NCBI GenBank assembly: GCA_035251975.1
Contig: DATFDT010000053.1
Span: 762-64,761, forward strand
Origin: Pyrinomonadaceae bacterium
Lineage (GTDB): Bacteria; Acidobacteriota; Blastocatellia; Pyrinomonadales; Pyrinomonadaceae
Length of the DNA: 64,000 nt
Direction: 5' to 3'
Positions 1 through 9,679 of this stretch are shown here, in pieces. Every line of letters starts with the position of its first letter. The stretch's first letter is position 1. A model generated the notes under the pieces. It made no database searches, had not been told where the DNA came from, and worked only from the letters and a program-made list of their open reading frames with translations. The translations under genes and the position numbers were made by a program.

Positions 1-752
1 TTCGCGCTCCGTTCAGTGCCGAAAGTCTCGAGACGCGTGAAGAGTCTTTCGCCAAACGATTCGACTACGGATCGCACGTGCGGACTGTCCCAACCGGCAA
101 TCAATCTGCCGTTCTCAGGCACGAGATTCATGAATCGACGAAACGCGAGTTTGACTGCATCGAGATCGCGATAGATGTCAGCGTGATCGAATTCGATATT
201 GTTGACGATCGCGAGCTCGGGCAGGTAGTGCATGAACTTCGGACCCTTGTCGAAGTATGCAGTGTCGTATTCGTCTGCTTCGATGATGAAGTAATCGCTG
301 TCAGTGACGCGAAAGCTATGGCCGAAGTTCTGCGCGACGCCACCAATTAGAAATGTCGGATTCAGATCACCCTGGTCCATCACCCACGCGGCGATGCTCG
401 TTGTCGTTGTCTTGCCGTGCGTGCCCGCAACTGCGAGTGAGTGTCGACCACGAATGAACTCTTCTTTCACGACTTCGGCTTGCGAGCGATAAAGAAGTTT
501 CCGCGTGAGTGTTTCTTCGACTTCCGGATTGCCACGCGGAATCGCATTGCCGACGATCACACAATCGGGCTCGGGCGTGAGATGTTCGCGTTTGTAACCG
601 TGGAAGACGTTGATTCCGAGCTGTTCGAGCATCGTCGACATTGGCGGATAGACGTTCAGATCAGAGCCGGTCACGTGATGGCCGCGCGCCTGAAGCATGC
701 CCGCCAGAGAGGCCATCGCTGTTCCGCAAATGCCGATTAAGTGATAGTGCAT
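1..752 (-). CDS. mpl: UDP-N-acetylmuramate:L-alanyl-gamma-D-glutamyl-meso-diaminopimelate ligase (Mpl), N-terminal ~250 aa; the 3' end lies beyond the left window edge
   Basis: Absent from the ORF track because it runs off the edge. Reverse translation from the ATG at 752 gives MHYHLIGICGTAMASLAGMLQARGHHVTGSDLNVYPPMSTMLEQLGI...LAVAGTHGKTTTTS...IIEADEYDTAYFDKGPKFMHY...NNIEFDHADIY. This is the Mur-ligase P-loop plus the VYPPMS pattern typical of Mpl rather than MurC. Confidence 0.85.
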   Translation of the reverse strand, partial: MHYHLIGICGTAMASLAGMLQARGHHVTGSDLNVYPPMSTMLEQLGINVFHGYKREHLTPEPDCVIVGNAIPRGNPEVEETLTRKLLYRSQAEVVKEEFIRGRHSLAVAGTHGKTTTTSIAAWVMDQGDLNPTFLIGGVAQNFGHSFRVTDSDYFIIEADEYDTAYFDKGPKFMHYLPELAIVNNIEFDHADIYRDLDAVKLAFRRFMNLVPENGRLIAGWDSPHVRSVVESFGERLFTRLETFGTERSA

Positions 753-763
753 GTACTATTGAT

Positions 764-863
764 TTCTCTGTGCAACCTCTCTGTTCTCTATGTCTCTGTG
801 GTTAACTAATCCACAGCAAAACTCACCACAGAGACACCGAGAACACAGAGGTTGCACAGAGAA
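764..863. repeat. Family A heptamer-array hairpin element, copy 1 (loop inverted relative to copies 5-7)
   Basis: Left arm TTCTCTGTGCAACCTCTCTGTTCTCTATGTCTCTGTGG, right arm CCACAGAGACACCGAGAACACAGAGGTTGCACAGAGAA. Lies between the mpl start (752) and the stop of the next gene (870). Confidence 0.9.
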
Positions 864-869
864 GAGCAG

Positions 870-1739
870 TTATCTTAATTCATCTGCATAGACCTTCATC
901 GATTCCGCCAGCGACATCGGTGCGAAAGCAATCTGTTGTCGCGCGGCGGAGATGTCGGCGTAAAAATCGAAGTCGGATGTTAAGCGATCGACGGGAGTAA
1001 TGTCGCTCTTGCTGCCGAGTGCGTCAACGAGGGCGCGCGCGTATTCCATGGTTGTGGTTCGTTTGCCGCATCCCAGGTTGAGTATCGTGAAACTATCGGC
1101 GGGCGGTTGCGAGATACAGTTGTCGACAGCGCGCAGTACGTCGCTGATGTGAAGTGCATCCCTGACCAGCTCGCCGCGTGCGAGGAGTTCGATCGGCTCG
1201 TCACGTTGCGCAATGCGTGCGAGGTTGTCAACAAAACTCTCCTGCTGATCCGCTCCGTAGAGACTCGGTAGACGCAGCACAATGATTCTGGTGTAGCGTT
1301 GAAATGTTTCGAGCAACTGTTCGGCCCAGCGCTTCGTAGCGCCATACGGTAGCGTGCCGCCCGCTGGACCAGCTTCATCGACGGGAATCACGGAAGGCCG
1401 GCCGTACACGCTCAAAGTTGAGGTGTAAATGATCAGGCGCGGTGGTTGTTGCGTCAGTCCTTCGATCAGGTTTGAAGTCGCGTGAACATTCGCGTCGACG
1501 AAGTCTAGTAACTCACCGGGACCGGATTCTTTAGAGTAGGCGTGAACGACGACCTCGGGAGCAGCTAGCTTCTCGATCACACGCGGCGAATCCTGCGCCG
1601 TCAAATCAATCGTGACGGTCTGGCTGGCTGCCGCGCAGTCTTGCGGCGAGAGTGCGGTGACGTCATGTTGGTTGGCGACGAGGTGTTGGGCCAACCTCGT
1701 GCCAACAAACCCACTACAGCCGGTTATCCAGATGTTCAA
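870..1739 (-). CDS. NAD-dependent epimerase/dehydratase family protein (extended SDR)
   Basis: 289-aa ORF. N-terminal Rossmann motif ITGCSGFVG and catalytic YxxxK (PYGATKRWAE). Confidence 0.75.
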   Translation of the reverse strand: MNIWITGCSGFVGTRLAQHLVANQHDVTALSPQDCAAASQTVTIDLTAQDSPRVIEKLAAPEVVVHAYSKESGPGELLDFVDANVHATSNLIEGLTQQPPRLIIYTSTLSVYGRPSVIPVDEAGPAGGTLPYGATKRWAEQLLETFQRYTRIIVLRLPSLYGADQQESFVDNLARIAQRDEPIELLARGELVRDALHISDVLRAVDNCISQPPADSFTILNLGCGKRTTTMEYARALVDALGSKSDITPVDRLTSDFDFYADISAARQQIAFAPMSLAESMKVYADELR

Positions 1740-1749
1740 GCGAATCTTC

Positions 1750-2862
1750 CTAACGAACTAATTGGTGTTGTTCCAGTTCGGCGGTTGCCTTTGTCGTGTT
1801 TTCTGCTTGTTGCTGTCGCACCCAATCGAGGAGCTCGGGAATACCATCTGCCAGTTTCACCTTCGGTTCATACCCGAGCAACTTCCTGGCGCGCGATATG
1901 TCTGCAACGCAGTGACGGATGTCGCCCTCTCGATATTTGGCGGTGATTTGCGGCTTGATGTCCTTGTGCAAACCTTGCGCGAGCATCAACGAGATATCCG
2001 AAACTGAAATCGGAGAGCCCGTGCCGATGTTCACTGCCTCGTAATCAGCCTTATCAGTTTCGAGGGCGAGCATGTTCGCTTGCACAATGTCGCTGACGTG
2101 AACGAAGTCTCGCGTTTGTTCACCGTCTTCAAAAATCATCGGCGCCTCATCGTTCAACAAGCGTCCCGAGAAAATCGCGCACACGCCCGTATACGGGTTC
2201 GACAGAGCCTGCCGCGGACCATATACGTTGAAATAGCGAAGCGCAACGACGGGAATGTCGTAGGCGCGGCCCACGACGAGGCAAAACTGTTCCTGGTCCT
2301 GTTTTGAAATTGCGTAGACTGACGAGGGGAAGAGTGGCTTGTCTTCGTTTGTGGGAACCGGCTTCGCTTTCGCACCACATTGAGGGCAATTGATCTCCCA
2401 ATCACGATCGAGGAGTTGTGACAATGGTCTCAGCTTTGGTTGGACAGGACCGCAACTGTCGCACGCGTAAGCGCCTTCGCCGTATATCGACATTGACGAT
2501 GCTACGACGAGTTTTTTGATCTGTGGCCGGCGCTTCACGATCGCTTCCAGCAGCACCGCTGTGCCGAAATCATTGGCGCGAACATAGCGACCGATCTCAT
2601 ACATCGATTGGCCGACACCCACTTCAGCCGCCTTGTGGTAAACAACCTCGATTCCCTCGAGCGCGCGGTTGACCAGATCGGCGTCGCAAACATCGCCTTG
2701 CAGAAACTCAGCCTTCGGGTTGAGGTGTTGTGGACCAGCACCGCCATGGACCTGTTCCACTAGCGCGTCGAGAACCCTGACGCGATGACCGCGATCGATG
2801 AGCGCATCAACGATATGTGAACCGATAAAACCGGCGCCGCCCGTGACCAGAATGTTCTTCAA
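1750..2862 (-). CDS. NAD-dependent sugar epimerase/dehydratase (extended SDR) with a Cys4 zinc-ribbon-like insertion
   Basis: VTGGAGFIGSH Rossmann motif, catalytic SSMSIYG...YAISK. An insert CDSCGPV-(26 aa)-CPQCGAK sits between the catalytic Ser and Tyr. Confidence 0.8.
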   Translation of the reverse strand: MKNILVTGGAGFIGSHIVDALIDRGHRVRVLDALVEQVHGGAGPQHLNPKAEFLQGDVCDADLVNRALEGIEVVYHKAAEVGVGQSMYEIGRYVRANDFGTAVLLEAIVKRRPQIKKLVVASSMSIYGEGAYACDSCGPVQPKLRPLSQLLDRDWEINCPQCGAKAKPVPTNEDKPLFPSSVYAISKQDQEQFCLVVGRAYDIPVVALRYFNVYGPRQALSNPYTGVCAIFSGRLLNDEAPMIFEDGEQTRDFVHVSDIVQANMLALETDKADYEAVNIGTGSPISVSDISLMLAQGLHKDIKPQITAKYREGDIRHCVADISRARKLLGYEPKVKLADGIPELLDWVRQQQAENTTKATAELEQHQLVR

Positions 2863-3710
2863 TTTAGTACTCCCTTAGCACGTTGAAATAGCGTGGTCAG
2901 GCCCGAGACGCGTGCTGCGAACAACACCTCGTCATCATCGTCGCCGATCAGGTTTCGCCGCAATAAAAAAAGATCGGTGGCGTGGTCATTCGTGCCGGCG
3001 TCGGTTGTCAAAGCACAAGTGTACGGAAGCTTTCGCGTCATCGCGATAGTTGCTTCAGAGTACGAGCCGTAAGGGAAAGCGAGTGGCATCGTAGCTTGCG
3101 ACAATCGTGCAGCAATTGTTTGGTGTGACGCAAATAACTCCCGTTCTGCTTCGACGGGCACGATTTCAGACAACTTCCGATGTGAACAAGTATGCGAGCC
3201 GATTTCTACGCCATGCTGCTGAAGTGTTTTCACCTCTTCCCACGATAGGAATTCCTCGTCATCAGACTCGGACCACGCGTCAAGCTGCGATTGATTGTTT
3301 GACTGAATGCGATCGGTGATCAAGAAGATCGAAACATGCATATTGCGAGCTGCGAGCCGCGGTAGCGCGCAGGTCAGAAAGTTACGATAGCCGTCGTCGA
3401 ATGTCAGCACGACGGAATAATCGGGTAGCGGCGCTTTGTTCTGACACGCTTTAACAAACTCAGCGAGTGATATTACCTGATAGTGCCGGCGCAAGTAGTC
3501 TAATTGTTTTTCAAAACGATCGGCGCGAATGTGCAGTCCGTGAGCGTCTGATGGGTGACGCTTGCTGCGTTCAGTTACGCCGTGATAGCAAAGGATAACC
3601 ACACGCTGACGGTTCCACCACGCAGCGAGCCGGGTGATTTGAAGTTTCTGTAGTAAAGAAAAGAGGCTTCTCTTCATCGCTGCGATATCTTTACAAAAAA
3701 CATGATTCAA
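2859..3710 (-). CDS. Polysaccharide deacetylase (CE4 / NodB homology domain)
   Basis: VVLTFDDGYRNF (TFDDG motif), GSHTCSH (HxxxH metal motif), FPYG. 4-nt overlap with the downstream gene. Confidence 0.8.
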   Translation of the reverse strand: MNHVFCKDIAAMKRSLFSLLQKLQITRLAAWWNRQRVVILCYHGVTERSKRHPSDAHGLHIRADRFEKQLDYLRRHYQVISLAEFVKACQNKAPLPDYSVVLTFDDGYRNFLTCALPRLAARNMHVSIFLITDRIQSNNQSQLDAWSESDDEEFLSWEEVKTLQQHGVEIGSHTCSHRKLSEIVPVEAERELFASHQTIAARLSQATMPLAFPYGSYSEATIAMTRKLPYTCALTTDAGTNDHATDLFLLRRNLIGDDDDEVLFAARVSGLTTLFQRAKGVLN

Positions 3711-4499
3711 TCACTTCTTATAACGACCCACGAATCCATGCGCCCAGAATGAGACAAAAGCGCCTCTCTGCGCGTGCCATTTCTCAAACGGCATGTTCAC
3801 CTGCATGGTGAGGCCGGGTGCAACACGCGTCAACGGATACGCAACAGGCGTGAAATGGTATTGAGAGATACCGTCCGGAATCAGTCCCACGCGCCGCGCT
3901 GCCTGGTCCAACTCATCAGGCTGTAATCGCAAACGGGGTAGATGATCGGCAGTCGCGGCGCCCAGCAACTTCGCGAGTAGACGGACAGGCATCATGGCCG
4001 CAACTGTGACGCGGCTGACATGCCAACGTTTTGGCATCGTAATAATCGCGATGCCGCCGGGCTTCAACACGCGCTTCATTTCCGCGAGTGCCTGGTCCGG
4101 AGTCTTTAAATACTCAATGACTGCCATGCAGATTAGCTGGTCGTACGAGTTATCGGCGGCGTCGATTGCTTCTATGTTTCCCTCCGCAAAATGAACGCCC
4201 GGAAGATGACCAAACTTCTCTTTCGCTTCACGGACCATCTCCGGCGAAAGGTCGAGCCCATCGAAAGTACCGCCCCGCTCGAGCACGGCTTGGGTCATCA
4301 CGCCTGGTCCACAGCCAACGTCCAACACACGGCCCAGTTTTTGAGGCAATAGGTCAAGGACTCGATTGCGGCGCACGTGAAAGTGATAGTTGCGGCCGTC
4401 GGCGGACGCGTAAAGACGCGACCAATCACCCTTGGAAGCAAATTTGTCGAAGTGTTCGATGACGGCGCCAGCCTGGGCCGGTGAGTTTTCAGTTGCCAT
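3711..4499 (-). CDS. Class I SAM-dependent methyltransferase
   Basis: Motif I VLDVGCGPGVMT, and LKPGGIAIIT after motif II. Abuts neighbouring genes with no gap. Confidence 0.8.
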   Translation of the reverse strand: MATENSPAQAGAVIEHFDKFASKGDWSRLYASADGRNYHFHVRRNRVLDLLPQKLGRVLDVGCGPGVMTQAVLERGGTFDGLDLSPEMVREAKEKFGHLPGVHFAEGNIEAIDAADNSYDQLICMAVIEYLKTPDQALAEMKRVLKPGGIAIITMPKRWHVSRVTVAAMMPVRLLAKLLGAATADHLPRLRLQPDELDQAARRVGLIPDGISQYHFTPVAYPLTRVAPGLTMQVNMPFEKWHAQRGAFVSFWAHGFVGRYKK

Positions 4500-4502
4500 A
4501 AA

Positions 4503-5705
4503 CTATTTGCGCCCTCTGTTCTTTTTTATAGCAGTCACTGATTCATAGATCCTTGTTAGTGCGTCTGCTGATTGCTGCGGCTGAAACCTGCTAAATGCCG
4601 TCTTACTCGCTGCTGTTCCGAGTCGCAGCCGCTCGGATTCATCTTCCAACAGCCGGCAAACAGCCGCAGCAATTGCGTCAGAGTCCGCCGGCGGCACGAG
4701 GATCCCATCCGCTCCATCGCTGATGACTTCCGGAATTGGACCAGCCGAACTGGCAACGCACGCACAGCCCGCCGCCATTGCTTCAATCAGCGCGATTCCC
4801 AATCCTTCATAAAGGGAAGGGAAGATAAAGACATCACAAGCTCGTAAAAAATGAGTCACATCTCGCCGCGCGCCCATGACGTGAAAATGGTCTTTCACGC
4901 CGAGCTCGGTCGCTTCACGCTCGAGTTGCTCCGTCCAGCGCGGATCGGTAGTCGCTCCAACTGAAACAAGATGCGCCGAAGGAAATCGCTTAAGGATTGA
5001 AGGCAATGCTCGTAATGCGTAAACCAAACCCTTCTGTGGCGAAAGCCGCGCGACGTTCAACAGGATGATGCTATCAGCCGGCAAGCCGCACGAGCGTAAC
5101 ACCTCAGCCCGGCTCGTTGCGGGGGCGTCCGTCAAAGAATCAATATCGATTGGATTGTAAACGAGGTCAATTGACTCGAGAGGAACGCGCAGGTGACGGT
5201 TTGCGCTTTCTCGCACGTAGTTGCTGACTGCGATTAGCCGATCGTTACCGGCGTTTGCTGTCCAGCGATCGATCGAGCGCACTATTTTTCTTTTCATCAG
5301 ACTGACGTCGGCGCCGTCGGCCCATGCTTGCTCTTCGTGATCGGGATTGTGAATCGAGCTAATAACTGGTGTACCTGTAAGACGTCCGGCGATGCGACCG
5401 ATGATGTTAGCGGACCACAAGTGACTGTGAATCAGATCGGGTTTGTTCGCAACCAGCCACGTTCGCAGATTTTTAATCCCTTTGGGAATCTCGCGCGTGT
5501 TCTGGCAATTCAAGGGAACAACCGGCACTCCCAAAGCTTGAATGGGTTCCAGCCAGTGAGTGGCGTGCGGGTAGACCGTGATCACGGTGCTGCGAACTCG
5601 CTCCCGGTCAAAGTGTTTGAGATTCGTGTACAAAAGTCTCTCCGCGCCGCCGGGACCGAGCGCCTCGATGAGATGAACGACGTGCAGCACTCTGGGTAAT
5701 AACAC
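4503..5705 (-). CDS. Glycosyltransferase family 4 (GT-B fold)
   Basis: C-terminal E-x7-E region FPSLYEGLGIALIEAMAAGCACVAS, as in GT4 retaining transferases. Confidence 0.8.
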   Translation of the reverse strand: MLLPRVLHVVHLIEALGPGGAERLLYTNLKHFDRERVRSTVITVYPHATHWLEPIQALGVPVVPLNCQNTREIPKGIKNLRTWLVANKPDLIHSHLWSANIIGRIAGRLTGTPVISSIHNPDHEEQAWADGADVSLMKRKIVRSIDRWTANAGNDRLIAVSNYVRESANRHLRVPLESIDLVYNPIDIDSLTDAPATSRAEVLRSCGLPADSIILLNVARLSPQKGLVYALRALPSILKRFPSAHLVSVGATTDPRWTEQLEREATELGVKDHFHVMGARRDVTHFLRACDVFIFPSLYEGLGIALIEAMAAGCACVASSAGPIPEVISDGADGILVPPADSDAIAAAVCRLLEDESERLRLGTAASKTAFSRFQPQQSADALTRIYESVTAIKKNRGRK

Positions 5706-5732
5706 GTGATAACCCTCAACGCAAAGAGGTGG

Positions 5733-6875
5733 CTACATCTTTGCCCTGAAATTCATATAAAGCTCATTCATTTTAGCCATCTGTGACTCGTACGATCCGC
5801 TCAAACGAACCCGCCGCTCTGCTTCTGAGGCCAGCGACTGGGCCAACGATCGATCCTGCAACAGTCTCGTTAATGCTGTAGCCAGGGCCGCCGGATCTTT
5901 CGGGTCTACCATCAGTACAGTTTTATTTTCCTCAATGTAGTGTGAGTCGTAATTGGGAATTCGGCTGACCAGCACGGGTGTCCCACAAGCCATCGATTCC
6001 AACACCGACATCGGCGTTCCGTCACTACTCGGAATTGAGACTGTGACGTCAGCCAAACGGTAATAGTCGGCCATTTCATCATGCGGGATGGCGCCAACAA
6101 ACCGGACTCGATCATTAGCATCTCCGCGCGCGAAAATGTCGCGCACCTCTGCTTCGTAAGCTTCTTCTGTAGCTACCGGAACCACGGCAAATACGAAGTA
6201 CGCCTCCGGCACGGCCGCGCAAACTGACTGTGCCGCAATTGCGAGTTTATCGAGATTGTAGAGCGGCCTCATTAGCCTTGGACTCAGAATCACCCGAGCC
6301 GTAGCAGGAAGGTTCAATCGATCGAGCAGGTATTGCGGCCGCGGTCCCGGAGAAAATCGCTCGAGTTCAACTCCACCGTGAACGACCTCGATCGGCACTT
6401 CAGGCCCGCTGAATCGCCGCACAATTGGAACTAGTTTGTTTGACCAGCACGTGATGAGGTCGGCGTTGCGCAAGGCATAAGGAGTTAACCAGCGCTCGCG
6501 AATGTCGGGACCGGGTTCCCAGTCTTCACCGAGAATGTCTCCGCCCATTACCGTTATCACTGCCGGATGAAACTGCGAGAGGGCTCCATACCACGCGTTT
6601 ACACCAACAAAGTGAGAGTGCAGCACGTCGATCTTCTCTTCTCGCAGTAACTTTCGCAGGCGTGAAATCTGTGCCGCAGTGCGCCAAAAACGTTTTAGAT
6701 GAAATGGGCTGAGCTCACCGAAGTATCTGGCGCCTGCTTGTTCGAGACCATCGATGTCTTGTTGTGTTACCGGTGCGAACGACAGCAGCGACATCTCATG
6801 TCCGCGATCGCTGAAGTAGCGGAGCCACCTGCGAGCATGAATGTAGCGTCCATCGGCGAGGTAACAAATGCGCAT
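5733..6875 (-). CDS. Glycosyltransferase family 4 (GT-B fold)
   Basis: IPSSDGTPMSVLESMACGTPVLVS donor-binding region; 380 aa. Confidence 0.75.
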   Translation of the reverse strand: MRICYLADGRYIHARRWLRYFSDRGHEMSLLSFAPVTQQDIDGLEQAGARYFGELSPFHLKRFWRTAAQISRLRKLLREEKIDVLHSHFVGVNAWYGALSQFHPAVITVMGGDILGEDWEPGPDIRERWLTPYALRNADLITCWSNKLVPIVRRFSGPEVPIEVVHGGVELERFSPGPRPQYLLDRLNLPATARVILSPRLMRPLYNLDKLAIAAQSVCAAVPEAYFVFAVVPVATEEAYEAEVRDIFARGDANDRVRFVGAIPHDEMADYYRLADVTVSIPSSDGTPMSVLESMACGTPVLVSRIPNYDSHYIEENKTVLMVDPKDPAALATALTRLLQDRSLAQSLASEAERRVRLSGSYESQMAKMNELYMNFRAKM

Positions 6876-6876
6876 A

Positions 6877-7821
6877 TCAGCCGGCAGTAACCAGTCGCTG
6901 CAGGCGACGGCGACCGAGATCAGCTACGCGAAAGAGTTGGACAGGATCACTTACGAGGGCTTGCATCATGTTGTAGAAACCGGCAACGCGTTCGCCATCG
7001 CGTATGCGACTGACGGCTAGCTCCATCCTGGCGGATGCAAGGCGGCGATTGATCGTCGACGATTGAGCCCGGAGCTCCGGACTTCGCTGCAAGGCTGCAC
7101 GGAGTGTTCTTATTTGCTTGCGGCAAGTATCGATTGAATTCGCAACGCCGGAACACTGGCCTGTGTGTTCGCGCCGCAATGCCAGTGGTCGATCGCAGTA
7201 GTAAACACCATAACCTGCAGCCGCCACGCGCAGTGATAGGTCGTAATCGTCCATCGGAAAGATCGACTGATCGAAGTCGCCGATTTTCTCGAATACGGTT
7301 TTAGGCAAAGTAAAGCCGGGGAAGATGTGTGAAAACTGAAAGATGTCGATCAAACTCCGGAATCCACCATGTAGTGGTTGGTTTCTGAGCTCATTCTGAA
7401 TCTGGTGCCACGTGCGTCCTTCGAAAAGAATTTCGCCGTTGGAATCGATGATAGTCGAGTCGCAGCAAAACAAGCCGGTGTTCGGGTGATCGTGAAATAC
7501 ACGGACAGCAGTTTCGACGTGATCCGGCAAGAGCGCGTCGTCACTATCGATAAAGACGATGAGCTCGCCGTTGGCCATCTTGATCCCGGCGTTACGTGCA
7601 ACCGAGGCGCCGCCATTTTGGGGCTGGACGTGCAGCCGCGCGAACGAATAACGCGGATCTGAGCGCAAAAACTCGACGGTGCCGTCACTCGACCCGTCGT
7701 CGATCACTAGAGTCTCGATGTGTTCGTAGCTTTGAGCTTTCACCGAATCGAGACATATACCGATCCATTCGCGGCGGTTGTATGTCGGTATGATTACGGT
7801 AACGAGCGGAGCGTATGTCAT
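6877..7821 (-). CDS. Glycosyltransferase family 2 (GT-A fold)
   Basis: VTVIIPTYNRREWIGICLDSVKAQSY, LVIDDGSSDGT, and the DxD motif FIDSDD. Confidence 0.85.
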   Translation of the reverse strand: MTYAPLVTVIIPTYNRREWIGICLDSVKAQSYEHIETLVIDDGSSDGTVEFLRSDPRYSFARLHVQPQNGGASVARNAGIKMANGELIVFIDSDDALLPDHVETAVRVFHDHPNTGLFCCDSTIIDSNGEILFEGRTWHQIQNELRNQPLHGGFRSLIDIFQFSHIFPGFTLPKTVFEKIGDFDQSIFPMDDYDLSLRVAAAGYGVYYCDRPLALRREHTGQCSGVANSIDTCRKQIRTLRAALQRSPELRAQSSTINRRLASARMELAVSRIRDGERVAGFYNMMQALVSDPVQLFRVADLGRRRLQRLVTAG

Positions 7822-7849
7822 AAACGATTAGTAACCCCTTGATAAAAAC

Positions 7850-8045
7850 CGCCGAAGGCGTTGGCTAATTTCAGCCCAGGGTTCTCGTTCCTCGAACCCT
7901 GGGACACGATTTTCAAATCGCGACCAAACCCTGAAAGGGTTAGGCGGTTGGCGAACCCTTTCAGGGTTAATACCGGAAATTAATTGGCGATCCCAGGGTT
8001 CTCGTTCCTCGAACCCTGGGCTGAAATTAGCCAACGCCTTCGGCG
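7850..8045. repeat. Family E nested-palindrome element (MITE-like), copy 1, 196 bp
   Basis: 32-nt terminal inverted repeats CGCCGAAGGCGTTGGCTAATTTCAGCCCAGGG / CCCTGGGCTGAAATTAGCCAACGCCTTCGGCG. Internal hairpins include CCCAGGGTTC..GAACCCTGGG (x2) and AACCCTGAAAGGGTT / AACCCTTTCAGGGTT. A second copy lies at 19718-19917. Confidence 0.9.
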
Positions 8046-8053
8046 TAATTTTG

Positions 8054-9019
8054 TCAAAGCCAGAAGTCCTTGGCGGCGCTTGCGAGGCCGTTCGAGTAGA
8101 GGTGATAGCGGCGCGCGAACAGCTCGCGAAGGACCGGGGCGATGCGTTGCGAGCGGCGCTCCGGCATTGCGGCCCTTGTTTCCAGGTGCGTAAGTCTTGC
8201 TTCGAGATCTGGGAGAACGTTTGCGCGAACTCCTTCGACCGCTGACAGCCTTTCGAGTATTGCGCGGACATACCGGACATCAGCCGAAAACGTGTTTCGG
8301 CGACGAGCTGCAGCTCGAAATGAAGTCGCGTGTTCATCGCGTTCACTGATGACACCCATTTGCTGACTCGCGTGCTGGCGATATTTGAACAACGGCTCGG
8401 GCACGAAGAAAACGTCGCCCACTGCCGCGATGAGCAGTGCCGTCCACCAATCGTGAAGCACGGGTATTCCATCATGCGTCAGGTCGTTCGGAAATGGCAG
8501 GATCAGTTTTTTGAACTCTGCCTTTAGCGCCATCGCGGCGCCGGTAACGACGTTATGATCCAACAGCACTGGAAACGCGCGCCCCTCACGGAACAATTTC
8601 TGCTCGTCTTCGCCAAATCGTATCGTCTGCCAGACGCGTTGGCCCAACGGTCGCAGGCTTTCATCAACAACATCCCCGTCGGTAAAAACGAGCGCCGTGC
8701 TTTCGTTCGCCAAAACCTCCTCAAGCTTCCGAAGCTTCTCCGGTAACCATACGTCGTCCTGGTCTGCGACTGCTATGAAATCCCCCTCGCACAACTCGAT
8801 CGCATGTTCAAAGTTCTTCGTCGAACCAATGTTCTTTTCGTTCTCAAAGACACGAACCGGGAACGGCGCGTTGCACGCAAATTCACGGACACACTCGAGC
8901 GTCGCATCTGTCGAGCAATCGTCGCACACAACCAACTCCTCGGGCGGGCGCGTTTGCGCCGCGATAGAAGCGAGTTGCTCTCCAACGAAGCGCGCTCCGT
9001 TGTACGTGCACATCGCCAC
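8054..9019 (-). CDS. Glycosyltransferase family 2 (rhamnosyltransferase-like)
   Basis: MCTYNGARFVGEQLASIAAQT, LVVCDDCSTD, VADQDDVW. GTG start. Confidence 0.8.
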   Translation of the reverse strand: MAMCTYNGARFVGEQLASIAAQTRPPEELVVCDDCSTDATLECVREFACNAPFPVRVFENEKNIGSTKNFEHAIELCEGDFIAVADQDDVWLPEKLRKLEEVLANESTALVFTDGDVVDESLRPLGQRVWQTIRFGEDEQKLFREGRAFPVLLDHNVVTGAAMALKAEFKKLILPFPNDLTHDGIPVLHDWWTALLIAAVGDVFFVPEPLFKYRQHASQQMGVISERDEHATSFRAAARRRNTFSADVRYVRAILERLSAVEGVRANVLPDLEARLTHLETRAAMPERRSQRIAPVLRELFARRYHLYSNGLASAAKDFWL

Positions 9020-9026
9020 AGAAAAA

Positions 9027-9560
9027 TCATAGCTGGAAGTCCGGATAGCTGTTGTCCCTTTCGTTGATGATGAGCTCGCCTACGTCGGGCCAGCGGATTC
9101 CGAGCGCCGGGTCGTTCCAGCGTGCGCCGCGGCTGCTGGCTGGTGCGAAGTCGCTCGTCACCAGATAAAGCACTTCCGAATCGTCTTCGAGCGTCAGGTA
9201 GCCGTGCGCGAAGCCATCAGGCACGTAAAATAGCAAACGGTTTGCAGCCGAGAGCTCGACGCTGGTCCATTGCCCGTAAGTTTCCGACTCCGGGCGCAGG
9301 TCCACCGCAACGTCGAAGATTGAACCGCGCGTACACCGTACAAGCTTCGCTTGCTCGTGCGGGGCGGCTTGCCAGTGCAGTCCGCGTAACGTTCCGCGTT
9401 TGTGATTGTATGCAAAGTTGGCTTCAACAAAATTCCCCACGGCGCCAAGCGCCGTCAACTCCTTAGCCGACCACGCGCGCGCGAAAAATCCGCGCTCATC
9501 CTCGAACCGCTCCGGCTCGATGATATACGCGCCGTTAAGTTTCGTTTGCTTCGCGATCAT
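9027..9560 (-). CDS. rmlC: dTDP-4-dehydrorhamnose 3,5-epimerase
   Basis: 177-aa cupin with FEDERGFFARAW, RGLHWQ and VPDGFAHGY, the characteristic RmlC motifs. Confidence 0.9.
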   Translation of the reverse strand: MIAKQTKLNGAYIIEPERFEDERGFFARAWSAKELTALGAVGNFVEANFAYNHKRGTLRGLHWQAAPHEQAKLVRCTRGSIFDVAVDLRPESETYGQWTSVELSAANRLLFYVPDGFAHGYLTLEDDSEVLYLVTSDFAPASSRGARWNDPALGIRWPDVGELIINERDNSYPDFQL

Positions 9561-9592
9561 TTAATGCGTGATCACCACCTTATTTAAATTTC

Positions 9593-9678
9593 TTCTCTGT
9601 GCAATCTTTGTGTTCTATGTATCTCTGGTGGTGAGTTAAACCACAGAGACACAGAGAACACAGAGGTCGCACAGAGAA
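9593..9678. repeat. Family A hairpin element, copy 2 (short, degenerate left arm)
   Basis: TTCTCTGTGCAATCTTTGTGTTCTATGTATCTCTGGTGG ... CCACAGAGACACAGAGAACACAGAGGTCGCACAGAGAA. Ends 1 nt before the stop codon at 9680. Confidence 0.9.
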
Positions 9679-9679
9679 A

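Noticed and set aside
7828-8475. 215-aa minus-strand ORF
   Set aside because: Its C-terminal part is a translation of palindromic element E1 (giving repeated PGFEEREPW and NPFRV strings). The rest is out-of-frame overlap with the GT2 gene 8054-9019. No recognisable domain.
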